In this document: positions 40,201 through 52,300 of the stretch, piece by piece
How positions within the stretch are numbered: position 1 is the first letter of the stretch
How the letters are laid out: every line of letters begins with the position of its first letter
Assembly (NCBI GenBank): GCA_964035545.1
Contig: OZ037771.1
Coordinates: 2,181,628 to 2,245,627, forward strand
Length of the DNA: 64,000 nucleotides
Direction of reading: 5' to 3'
DNA from: Bugula neritina
Lineage: Eukaryota > Animalia > Bryozoa
Notes under the pieces: model-generated
Told to the model about the DNA's origin: nothing
The model's database searches: none
What the model saw: only the letters and a program-made list of their open reading frames with translations
Program-made: the position numbers and the translations under genes

Positions 40201-43200
40201 TTTTTCCTCGTATTTTCTACAGCATATATATGCTATTGCTTATGCAGCAACCACCACCACAAACTACACTAAGAAGTCAATTATGCTGCAGAAGCTAAAA
40301 CACTTTGTAAGGTTTGTGTGGTAATAATATTTTACACTCCATCAGATATAGTTCTGCTCAAAGATCATATATCATAATCCTACACTTGTACAATCTTTGA
40401 GAGATTATCTAACCCCACCTCACTGCTAATTAGTTCAATAGGAACATTAGTTTCAGCTAATTATAAGACTGTTTGCTGCCAAACTACAGGCAGCAAACTT
40501 AAAGGGCAAATGAGCTGCTAACTATATAGTTGATATCACATACCAGGCAGGTTTTGTGCTGTACTATTATAAGACATACTGACAGACTGTCACTCACAAT
40601 GGCTAGACTGTCTCTCCACCAAGTTTCGCCAGCTACTAACATGGACTGCTGCAACTGCAGCAAGTGTAAAGATTGTTGCTTAACGTTTTGCAGCTGTAAG
40701 TAAAGTTTTGTTTACTTTTTTAGTAAGTTATATGCACGTTTCAACAGCACTGTAAGTTAAATTGCTTTAAGGTAAATTGATGTAAGCTAAATTGTTGTAA
40801 GTTAAATTGCTGTAAATTAAATTGATGTAAGTTAAATTACTGTAAGTTGAGTTACTGTAAGCTAAATTGATGTAAGTTAAATTGCTGTAAGTTCAATTGC
40901 TGTTAGTTGAACTTCTGTAAGTTAGATTTCGTAAGTACTGTAGATCTCAATTTGAATAAAAACATAACCAGATCTTGTCAATCATTCAGCTGCCAGTGCA
41001 GTTATTTTAAAAACACTCACAGAAAGAAAACAGGCTGCCAATGTGCTGACATCAATGCTGACCCTGAGTTTTTAACTGTTTTGTTTTTGCTGACCTTAGC
41101 CACTTCGTTATCTGTAGCCACTATTGTTCAGATTGTGACTTTGGATCCTCTGAAAGACTGGATGACTCAATTGTAGTGGTAACCTGGGAAAATCTCTAGA
41201 CTTTAGAACATACAAGTATATAGAACATACAATAATTGTGACCTGGCACCACAAAACAAGGGATGTATATAAAATGTTGAAAACCTATTTATTACTATGG
41301 GGTGATAGAGCAGACTTTTTCAAACATTTTGCACTTTAATTGAAGTCTCTAGCATAAATAGAACTCGAGATATCAGTATTTAAAAACTTTAACGTTTTTA
41401 GAATTTCTAAATTACTGTTTCGAGAAAATCGCGTTTAAAGTTGGCAACTCTAGAATAAGTTGAAAATTATTTGTTTACAATTTACAAGCCTTAGCAACGG
41501 GTTTTTGTATAAAAGCAATAGTGACAAATTTGGTATCAAAATAATTGTGAAAGTTTGGGCTTTCTGTTAAACTAAATTTCATGCTGCCTCAACATGTTAA
41601 TTAGGTCAAATATGGCCGCCAAACTTTTTGTCTAATTTATTTGTCAATTTGCTTTTTACTTTGTTTAATGGTTGAAAGGTTTGACAATTCCAGCAAACAA
41701 GAGGATGTTTCAGCAAGTTTGTGTGTTGAAATATTTAAGTTAGACATCCAAGTCAGCAGGAAGTCATATAAAACAAAATGGCAGCTGCTTCCTGTTATAC
41801 ATTGAATATCTTCCTCTCCTCTAATATATTGTGTAATATATCAAACTGCAGCTATTGAGCTGTGCTGTTTCATAATTATTGCTTAATGAGTAGAACACTT
41901 ATGAAAAAATTATTTGACTATCATGAGATCATGCGAGGTTCATTCATAAATATCTTTATAATCTGTAACGGCAACTAAATTTAGCAATTGATTTGGCTGA
42001 GATGTTGAAAATATAAACATAAAATCAGCTATTAGAACTTTTGAGTTTTATTAGGCATTAATATTCACATTTAAAACATTAAATACATTATTTTAAAAAA
42101 CCAATTAAATGCAGTAAAAAATCCAGCCTGGATACAACCATTATGCTTGAATTAACTCTTATCAAGAAAAGAAATTAGGTAGCTTCTACGGCTTTTGCAA
42201 AGAAGGCACTTATCATCTTTCTACTTCCTTGGTCTTCATAATATGAGTTTACGGAGTATGGACACATAACATCATGTATGTGGCAAAAGCTTCATCACTA
42301 TCATCAGCTGATTTTCTAGCAATTATAGATGCTGCTACTTGACATCCATCCTGCCAATCTACCCACTTATTGTCTATTCCAGAGCTGAAAGTACAATGTT
42401 GACTTTTTTTAAATAACAAAAGGAAACGGTATAGCTTGATTAGAAATTATACCCAGTTATATTATAAAAATTTAGTGGGCTAAACACTCTTGTGGTACTA
42501 TTATGGCAGCAGTTAATTGTGATCCTGCATTTCATTAACTTTTAAATTTATTGATTTCAACAGAACAATTTGAATTAAAAAAATTCTTGATAATTTTCAA
42601 GCATATCATTAAAAGACTGCAAACCTTTTTATGAATGAAATAAGCAGAAGCCATAACCTTGCAAGCCAAAATTCGGAGTGTCTACATTAGAAGTATTAGA
42701 TTGATAGGTAGTAGAGTTGTGTAGGTATAAGTCTTCACTCTAATGCCCTCACAAGTCCACTTTCTAAAATGTACAGAATATCGGATTATTCTATATTTAC
42801 ATAGTATTATCAGTAAAATTACACATTATGCAGTTGAATATCTAGCATATCTGCAATTGGCAATTTTGAAGCAATGTCTTTAGATAGGCATTTAATTGAG
42901 TAAAAAAGCTAGCCAAGTGCAACTGAATCTATTAAAGACTTTTACTATAAAATCAATTTGAATTCAATAAATTACTTTAAAATATGAATACATTTTTGCT
43001 CATCTTATAAAAAAATTAAAAAGTTTAGACTATTTATGCATTCAGTTAGTGTTACTACTCACTAAATAAGACTAAAAGTAACTTACTGAAAAACTAAGTC
43101 AGTCAACTATAGAAGCACGAACTCGCATTAATATTTCATCATTATACTCATTTACATTTAGTCACATTTATCATTTCAATTTGGTTATAGGTGATGCTTT

Positions 43201-46200
43201 TATCAATATAAATATGATTATCAATTGAGTTTTGACAGTAACACTAACTGTAAGCCTGCATAATGTGATAAAGATTTTATCATTATATTTTAAATCAAAC
43301 TTTGAGCTAATTTAAAAATCACAAAAGGAACCGGTAGTTTGACTAGTACTAGTAGGCCTAATGTTAATACTAATAGTAATAGTGATTAGTTACTGTGTTG
43401 AAAAAATCTAAGACAGAGGCTAAAAGTTACTAAGACTAAGAGTAAGTCTAATGTAAATTGAAATATTAACTATAGAATAAATCAATAATTATAATACTAT
43501 CAGTATGAGTATCAAGTTTTAAGAGCAAAGGCGAAACTCAGAGTCAGACTCAAATACTAATACAGTAATACTAATAGTAATAGTGAATTTATAATTATTA
43601 ATTACTTATACTTATACTATTAGTATTAGTATTAATATTTATATTAATCATTAATGAGCTACATTTGGTTTTACTACCAAATACCAGTATCAGTAGATCA
43701 TGAATAATACTCACTATGATTATCATTATGAGTAACCGTACCTTAAACTGTGAGTCATAGTGAGAGTCATTTAAATAGTTACTAGTAGTAGTAGTAGTAT
43801 AGAATAAGAATAGAATAGACCAAGACATACTCCTAGTCCTAGTGATAGTATAAATATTATTAAATTGATAACTACAAATAATCCTGGCTGCAATTCTAAG
43901 TTAGTAGCGTAAAACTAAATGATTGTTTTGAGTATAATTACCTGTATTGTTGTGGTTCTCAAGCTTGAACGCTAAAGATAAAGATTAAGTTCAGCATTTA
44001 TCACCAAAGGGCAAAACAGCTCAGTAACTTAAAAGCTAACTTTGGATGGAACACGATGAAAAACTAAAACTAGCCTTCGATTTTAAATATGATGCTTCTG
44101 ACAATACGAAGAAAGAGGTGTAAACTAAATTTCTTTGATAAAAAATAAATTTGCAAGATCTCACGCTATGAAAATGACTAAAATTGTCTTCTTTCTTTAA
44201 TTGATAACTTCGCAATTTTTTCATCATTTAAAAAATTGAAAGCCTTAGTTACCAACTTTAAATGCAATTTTAGAGCTGAAGGAATCATCAAATGCTCACG
44301 AAAGTATGATTTTTGAAATCCTTGGATTTTTTTGTATTAGAAAAGTCTAAAATCTAAAAATTGGAAATTAATTTCAAACTTAAGTATTTCTAAATTAAAC
44401 CTTCATTTACTACACTTTATAAACGCCGCCACATCCCCGGTTTTGTCGCGACTGGTCACAATTATAGAATACACAAGTGTAGAACATACATTTACATATT
44501 CTAGTATAGATTTTAGACTATACTATAGATTGTAAGATATGAAATATAGATTATAAAGTAGAAGTTATAGAATTTTGAATATAAATATTATAGGTTTAAA
44601 GTACTGAGTGAACATATAGTATAATGATTATAAACTATATACACTAGAATAGGTACAATGTAAATTATAGTGTCTAGATTATAGAATATAAAAGATATGA
44701 TGATATAATCTATATTTTACTAAAATAAGTTATGTTCTGTAATAAGGTCTTTTTGGTTATGAGGGAAGGAAACACCAATACTAAACTTATTAGCTCAAAC
44801 ATTTAGCATTTTATTCCTTAAGAATTTTAAAAAATAGGTTATTCACTATAAAACTATTAGCCGAAATAATTAAAAGAATATAATATGGAAAAATGAGAAT
44901 AAATAAAAAATATAGATCTATTTAAATTCTAGATAATTTAGAAATTAGTAGAATATTTATCCTATAAACTTAATGATGCAAACAGAGAATATTATAACCA
45001 TGAATATTTTACTAGTTTTCATATTGTGGTTATGTAAACACTATTTGTTGCTCTTTATATAACACCACTATAATATTTACTTTCTCTGTAACACATGCTA
45101 TATCAGGTGTCTCCCATATCTGGCCTTGACATCTTGAACTCATTTATCTCAATATCCTGCATATTGTTAATAAAAGACTGCACTTTGTGTATAATAAAAT
45201 AAAGTTGGTTCCCTTGACTTCTATAGAACCTAGCTATTTCTACCGCAGCACATTTTCTCTAGTTTTTGAGATTTGTTTTCTCTTGTGCTTCATGCAACTT
45301 GGTAGTGCTTTATGTTTTTTATGTTACAGCCTATTATAGAGCAATGCAAGGCTCCCTAATAATATCTACTTTAATGTATTGACTTAATATCAAGGCTAGT
45401 GCATTCGTTATACAAGCATAACAATCCATTCTTTTGATTAGTCCATCTCAATGATCCTATTGATTATGTGGAGCACTCAGTGATGCTGTATTCATACATT
45501 CAATGCTATTTATTCAACAACTCTAATTTTATTAATCGAGCCACTTGTCTCTGTTTTACTTGTATAGAAAATATTTCTCGTAGCCTAAGTTTATGCACAT
45601 AAATATTATCTGTACTAGCGGTGTTGCCAGTACTCCCCAACCGACAGGAATTGATTATCTTAGGCTAACTCTTGAATGCTTACTAACTAAACAGTTGAGC
45701 ATTTGGTGTCTGGATGTTAAGCTAATGTAGATGGAAGTGGTTATGCATAGCATTAGGTAGATGCAGGGCTAGGCTGGCTATTACTTTACAACTGCAATTT
45801 CCACTACTGATTGTTGATTTAAGGAATTGATACTATTCGTTGGAATGGTGGACGTTCACGGTAAGGAATGTTGTGTACTAGTAACTTATCTTTTGTATTG
45901 CCTACTAAGTACACAGCAGTGCACTAATTACATAGTTCTTCTTTTTAGTTTAGTCTGTAAACGGCTTTTTGTTTTTATATGATTTTCTACTCCTTTAAAA
46001 GTTTAGCATGAGATTTAGAATTTAGCATAAAGTGAATAAAGTGAATTGGGCAGCTTACTGTTATCTTTATTGAAACCCAAATACAATACCTAGTTTAAGA
46101 TTTTCAGTGCTAAAACACTTCTTGAAAACTATATTTCTAAGTTCAGGAATTTCTTTTGCTAATTTCATACCATAGGCCGCAGTCATGTATTATAACATAT

Positions 46201-49200
46201 GGTGTGTTGAATAACCATTATAACAATAGTTAACTTCACAGAATTAGTAGGACTAGTTACATTATGTCACTGTTAGTAAGTTGCTGTACGACCACGTGTA
46301 CTATATAATGTATGAACATACATTACCTGATGTTGTACAGCTACCTGAATTCTAAATGGCCTTTGAAATATTTCACTGAATAGTAGGCCTAGTCACTGGG
46401 GTTTGGGCTTTAGGATAATTTCTTTGCTTTAAAAGCTGCAGCACTGTTCAAAAACCAAAAAAGCAATACAAAGACTCAGTAAGGTGTTGAAAAGTGACAG
46501 CAGGTGTCACTCAACATGTGCCTGAGTCTGTATTTCATTTAGCAACAACTGCTAGATGTATGATTAAGATATGTCATCTTTCTAGAGCAGTGTTTCTTAG
46601 TTTATTTTAGCCTGCGAATTTCTTTCATCCATCCAAAAGAAACATCTTATAACTTTACAACAGGAATTGTAAACTGATTATGTTTCTTTGTACAAACATT
46701 CCCCAATTCACATTTCTTCAAAGGTGCACAGTAAACACTGTCCTGAAGTTTATTATCCTAGCATTTCACCTCTTTCATTAGATTTATGCCCTAAGGGTTA
46801 CGTAATGCTTTGTTTTTAGGCATTTAACACATTAACCAAAAGATTTGCTGCATTCAATTTTCGACTTGATCTGAGCATTGAAAACTAGTACATAGCTAGC
46901 TGTGGTTAGAGGCAGCAAATATTTGCTGCCGATTGTAGCTAATTGTTAACACGTTGAGTAGCTGCTCTAACTCATCATATATTAGCTGCTAAACTTGTTA
47001 TATCTTTATCACAGATTTGATTACTTTGCAGTATTAGCAGCACATCATAGATGATAGATAAGTGTATAGACACTAGTTATACTATTACTGAGTATAATAT
47101 ACTCAACTATACTTATTCCAACTGCAACGGCCCATTTCTTGTGTACAATTTATTCACATTCATATATGGGTGGTTTTTTCACTCACTCAAATCTAACTAG
47201 AAGGTAAACCTCACTACCATAGCTCTTGAAGTTTGTAGTATAAGGGCAATGCTTTAACTCTAGTTTTATTTATTTACACATCAACTTGGTGTGTGACTAA
47301 CAGAGTTATCTATAGTTTAGTTTACACAGTAAACAGGTAAATATATCCACCATGTTGCTGATAGGGATCACTGTTTACTGTAGATGACTAAGTGCTAGCT
47401 TTCTACCAGAGTTGAGTTGAATGCTACTCAGTGTGATAATTCATTCAAATTTAATTCATAAAACCTGTTCATGTCTTTTCAAACTTCTTGGCTATTGAAA
47501 TTAGCTTATCTTTCATAACCTAAATTCTATGAGAACAAATGCAGAATAGTGCCAATCATAACACTACTTACTACTCGCTCTAATCCATTACTTATCCTTC
47601 AACCAGATTCTATATGATCAGAAGTTCAGAAGTTTGTATAGCTCAGATTTCTTTATTTTGTAGCTGACTACAGGGTGGGTAGCTGCTACCACTGCCTAAT
47701 GAATGTGCCACCAGGAAGTCTTACAGCATGGATTCTAGTCTTTATCTTTACCATAGGCTGGGCTACTACCACCTGGCTCTCTCTTGACTACGGTAAAGAT
47801 CTGCTGAAATGGGTTCAGACGTAAGTATATAAAACCAGACAGATCAAAATCTGTAACTGCACTAAAGCAGTTTTTAAATCATGAAAGTAACTAGTAACTA
47901 GTATTATACCTAAGGCAAAACTCAAACTAGCTGAGTAATGAAAGAAAACAGTGAATCATATTCAAAGTGATCTTGTTTAAATCGGAGGCTTGAATAGAGG
48001 AGGTAACTCTTTGAGTGCTGGCCCATTGCTATTTGAAAGAGTAGCTATTACAACAATGCAGGTGTTAATGGTTGAAATGGTATCCTACTGTATTAACTGG
48101 TTGCTATTTTAGTCTTTCACTGTAGTAAAACTTATAAAATGAACCAAAGTTATACTAAACTGTATAATATGGGACCAAAACTTGTACTTTTAGTTTCTTT
48201 GCCTTTTCAGTTTTGTTTAAAAACTGAATGATAAGTGAAGAGTCAACATAATCATGAGATATTGAAGTAGTCAGTTTTGATATTTACACATTTAGTTGCA
48301 TCTCAGAAAGATGTACTTTAGTGTCGTAATATTATTATTGAGGTTTAGATACACATGCTGTATGCAGTTGTTTTCAACCAACTACAATTTAGAATTTGCT
48401 TGCAGAGAAAGCCAAAATATAAACATATTTTTATTTTCTTTAGCTTTTACTTTTGACCTCTATCTTCAACCTTTAACCTGTGCCATTCACGGGCTTTCCA
48501 TGTACCGATCTCAGATCGATCTCGCTGAGATCGATCTGAGAAATGTGCTCAGATCGATCGTTTTTCCATGAGAGTGTCAGATCGATCTCGCGAAGTTGCC
48601 TCCTCTTAAGTGAAGGATACTTTAAAAGTATAATTTGTTCACCTATTTGAGTGATTAAAGCTACTACTGTTGAAAACAAGATGGTAGTAGTCTAAAATTT
48701 AATTCCAGCTATAAAATATACGCAGCAAAGCTTTCAGTGTATGGTAATTTGGCCAATTTAAAATAACTAGTTTTAATTTTTTAGCTTGACAGCTTATATA
48801 AAATTAATGGCTGTCTTGCAGATTATTAATAAACTTACAGGACTGTTAGGCTTAAAATTACAAAGAAAATAACTAATGAAACTAAGTTTTGATAGTCATT
48901 TAAATTCAATTTAAATTTTCCCATTTTTTTTACTTTCTACTGCATATAATTGAGTTTTCTTAATCATTGTACTGCGAGTCAAAGTTTTGGCATCTGAAAA
49001 AGTGGCTATCATGATTATTTAATACTTTGCTTAGTAATTATCAATAAGTTATCATTTTTATTAGCAGACAACATTGTAGCGCGCAGTCTTTTTCTACTTC
49101 TCGGATCGATCTGGCGTCTTTCCATGGTCTTATTGACATGAGATCGATCTGAGTTCGAGCTCCACAGACCGACCAGCTCAGATCGACGGAGATCGATCTT

Positions 49201-52200
49201 TAGCGTCTTTCCATGAATCGATCTCGCTAAGATCGATCTGAGATCGGTACATGGAAAGCCGGTGATTGACTTCTACAGTTGACCTCTACCGCTGACCTGC
49301 AAGAATTATATGTAAAAATTGGCAACACATTCATTCCTGCCCCTCTTTTATATTGTGCCTGATTTTCTCGAGCAGTTCGAACTTGACTTATCAAATGTTT
49401 GTACTAAAACCTGCCTGGCAATTTTTTTCTATAAAAAATGTTTTAATTTTACCAAAAATACGACTTTTCTAAAAAAAGAGAACAAACAATAAACAAGCAT
49501 GTGTGTTTGGTGAAGCACTGTGTAATATTTCAGCCAGTGCTTTGTGTTCTACAGGGAAGAGTCACTCACATACGAGGAGATTGCGCTGATAACCATCGCC
49601 ATAGCAACTGCACTAATTACTGTAGTGTTTCTAATAATTGCCACCTTCTCCTCTCATAAGATGAGTAGATACTCATTTGCGAGCAGCAAAAAGAACAAGT
49701 TTGGATATTGTCTGTCTGTTACAGTAAGTGTCACAACAAAACCATGTAACAGTTGCTCTATCGTTGTTTGTATTCAGTGCATTTATAATAGAATTTTGCA
49801 TACGTGAGAAATTTGTGTTTAATGTTATTTCAACAACAAAGTCATTTTGTGTGATAATTTTATTTTTATAGGCATATCTTTTAATTAATAACTTTAAAAC
49901 CGGTATTTTAAATAGCAAGAAAGAAGGCAATATTGTCACTGCACCCACTTTTACAAAGCATTTTAATGATGTTTTAGTAAATACTAAATGTAAGTAAAAC
50001 TTATAAACTTACAGAAAAGTAAGCAGTCAGCAACAACTGCCAGGCCACAACCTTATGTCGGCAGCGAGATTTAATTGCTGCCTGAAGTGCCAATAACAAT
50101 CAGCTAAAAGGGATAATTCTTAGAAAGTTGAATTGAATTATTGGCAGTGAGTGGCATCTAAAACAAATTACTCCACCAATATACCCCTGTGGGAGTTGCT
50201 GGCTCGATATTCATTCAATTGATGGCACAATGTTTACATTGCACAAGTCAACTGATCCCATCTCTGATTTATATTTTCTTAGTCTTCTAATATTGGCGTT
50301 TTGAAAATGAACCCGTGCTTCCCAATAACTTAACTTCCATAATCAAAAAGATCCTGTAAGTTTGAAAATAATAATAATGATGATGGTAATAACGGAAGAT
50401 GTATTAAAATAATTTAGTAATTAATATACTTTTTGGTATTTTCTGTAATTGTCTTCCCTTTTTAAAATGATTTGGTATTTCTATGAGTTGCCTACCTTTT
50501 TGCAATGAGTTTAAGTTATAGACTTCTTCATTGTATGTGTAAGTATCTACTCAGTCACACTGAGCATAAATTATTCACTATTTCAAGTTATTTATTTTTC
50601 TATTTACTTCAATATTTTTATAGCTTTTAATATTGCCACCTATTTCAGGTCATTGTCCTCTCATTCGTGTGCGTTCTGTTCTGGACATGCATCATTGCAC
50701 TCACCATGTTGCCCATTGCTGTACTCTCCATCGCTCATCTGCTCGTTCAATCAGACTCTGTTTCTTGCCTCCACCTTCAGAGTTATGGTGAGTCATATTT
50801 TACACCAAAATGTGTTTCTCCGAAACCGTTTGTAGTTTGAGTAAGTGCCTAGTAATGTAGTTATTGTGTTATGTATTTGTAGATAACACACTTGAGAATG
50901 GTTTACTACATATAAAATAATTATTGACAATGTTTTCTACCCAACTTTTGTCTGCTGATCTTCAATAGTTTGCTAGTAAATTATTCAAATAGAAATACCC
51001 AGTGGGTTTATTTTTTACAATAGTACTTTCGAAATTGTTTAATAGACATAATATACATTATTCTAATGAGGCAAGTTTATATAAAATAGACTTGGATTTC
51101 TATACACTAGATCATATAAATCTGCAGTTATATACCAAAGCATACTCTATCTACATCACAGGAGTAAAAATGGGTGATGCTCAAGGTCAAATTACTTCTA
51201 CCTCTGCCACACCAGCAACTTTATTCAGTTCTACTACTACTATGGCCAATACTAGTAAATTTGGTGTTGTAATTATTATATATTGTAGCTACATTTTGTG
51301 TTGCAACATGTTGATAGCCATATAGCTTAATTAAATATTAAGCATGAAATAATAACTATTTTAAGTCATCATGTGTTGTTAATGTTTTTTGTTGTTTGGC
51401 ATGTTGTAAGGATTGAATGATTATATGGCGTTTGAACTCGTGCATAGTTTTGACAAACATAATTAGTCAAAATTTCAATTAATTAATAAGAGAAGACAAT
51501 TTCTGTTCATGTTGTAATTTTCTCATCTCAAATAATGATTTCCATCTAACTAGTGGGTCTTCAGTATTTAATGTCTATGATTTCTTAATATAAATTTGAG
51601 ATGAATATTTTCTTCAAATCTGATGCCATCTTAACCTCGTATTTGCTATCGATGCTCAAATACATACTTATATTAATCAACTTTCATCTTATTCAGGCGT
51701 GGGGATAAATCCCAACATGACTGGCATAACAAACACTAGTCTAGCAAATGATAAGTTGACATGTGGAGACAGTCTGGATATGTGGATGGATGATGCATGG
51801 AGAGTATTTGTACCGCTACTCATTAGCTTATCCTTTGCTATAGCTATTGAGGGCTGTATGGTAAGAAGGCTGTTGCATATTCCAAATACTTAATCTGCTT
51901 TTAGTGTGGGTATTGGTTGGCATAATTTTATAGAAAAACTGCTGTTGAACCTTTTAGATGGTTTACTAGCCTTAATCTTATGTTTTGAGTAAAATTTTGC
52001 ATTCTAATGGAATCAGCACTTTTGTGACAAAGTTGTCTTCTCCTTGACTGAAGAAATTCCAAAGTATTAGGAGTTGCTATACTATGACAGTAAGCTAATT
52101 GTTAGTCATAATGTTCTAATTTTTGACAGCTTGGGTTCTTAGTGGCAGCGAGCAGCAATGCACGCCACTTGAAAGAGCGGATGGAGTACATGAACGAGCC

Positions 52201-52300
52201 TTATTCATACAGCACAGAAAACCTCAACGGCAACGTAAAGGCAACCTCTGCACACGATAAAACTCAGACTAACAATAACCAAAGTGATACTCAGATATGA
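28259..52300 (+). CDS. Proteolipid protein family (M6/GPM6/DM20-like) tetraspan. Common exons 47664-47820, 49555-49723, 50649-50787, (51162-51254), 51697-51860, 52130-52300. Longest first exon 28259-28820
   Basis: CYHCLMNVPPGSLTAWILV (cf. C..CL..VPYASL.A.IL), four hydrophobic segments, FGYCLS before TM3, CLHLQSYG (cf. CLDLRQFG) and FLVAASSNARHLKE (cf. LM.LSAN.A..KD). All junctions are GT-AG and in frame. The link between 28259-28820 and the common exons is inferred from phase. Confidence 0.85.
32072..32135 (+). CDS. Alternative N-terminal exon of the M6-like gene (MRVISPKILYNYLGKCWISAT)
   Basis: Acceptor tttgcag at 32056, ATG at 32072, then 21 codons + 1 nt and the donor cag|gtaata (phase 1). 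Confidence 0.55.
33122..33152 (+). CDS. Alternative N-terminal exon of the M6-like gene (MVMRSYDFKR)
   Basis: ATG, 10 codons + 1 nt, donor gtaagt (phase 1). Confidence 0.6.
34915..35215 (+). mobile_element. Possible degenerate tRNA-derived SINE
   Basis: A-box-like TAGTCTAATGG (about 34918) and B-box-like GTTCAAATC (about 34973) at tRNA-like spacing, followed by a GC-richer body and an A-rich end. It does not fold as a clean tRNA. Confidence 0.4.
36583..36598 (+). CDS. Alternative N-terminal exon of the M6-like gene (MPSHV)
   Basis: caccATG Kozak context, 5 codons + 1 nt, donor G|gtaagt (phase 1). Confidence 0.65.
39220..39450. repeat. Low-complexity (GTAA/GTAAGTA) repeat
   Basis: Visible agtaagta iterations. 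Confidence 0.85.
39620..39810. repeat. Degenerate tandem repeat of about 23 bp (gagttcaactcaacagatagcct)
   Basis: Several diverged copies. Confidence 0.55.
40599..40695 (+). CDS. Alternative Cys-rich N-terminal exon of the M6-like gene (MARLSLHQVSPATN-MDCCNCSKCKDCCLTFCS)
   Basis: In-frame ATGs at 40599 and 40641; donor T|gtaagt (phase 1). Confidence 0.65.
40752..40936. repeat. 15-bp tandem repeat (tgtaagttaaattgc), about 12 copies
   Basis: Directly visible, just downstream of the donor at 40696. Confidence 0.92.
41237..44460. mobile_element. About 3.2-kb degenerate DNA transposon with imperfect TIRs of about 30 bp (superfamily unassigned)
   Basis: The left end tgtgacctggcaccacaaaacaagggatgt matches the reverse complement of the right end, tgtgaccagtcgcgacaaaaccggggatgt. 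Both flanks carry the same tagaacatacaagt-like motif. No intact transposase was seen. Confidence 0.7.
45845..45860 (+). CDS. Alternative N-terminal exon of the M6-like gene (MVDVH)
   Basis: ATG, 5 codons + 1 nt, donor G|gtaagg (phase 1). This is the closest candidate to the common exon at 47664. Confidence 0.6.
48488..49264. mobile_element. 777-bp non-autonomous TIR element (MITE) with CAC...GTG termini and an ATT target-site duplication
   Basis: The TIR cacSggctttccatgtaccgatctcagatcgatct is at both ends, with ATT on both flanks. There are subterminal AGATCGATCT palindromes. Confidence 0.9.
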
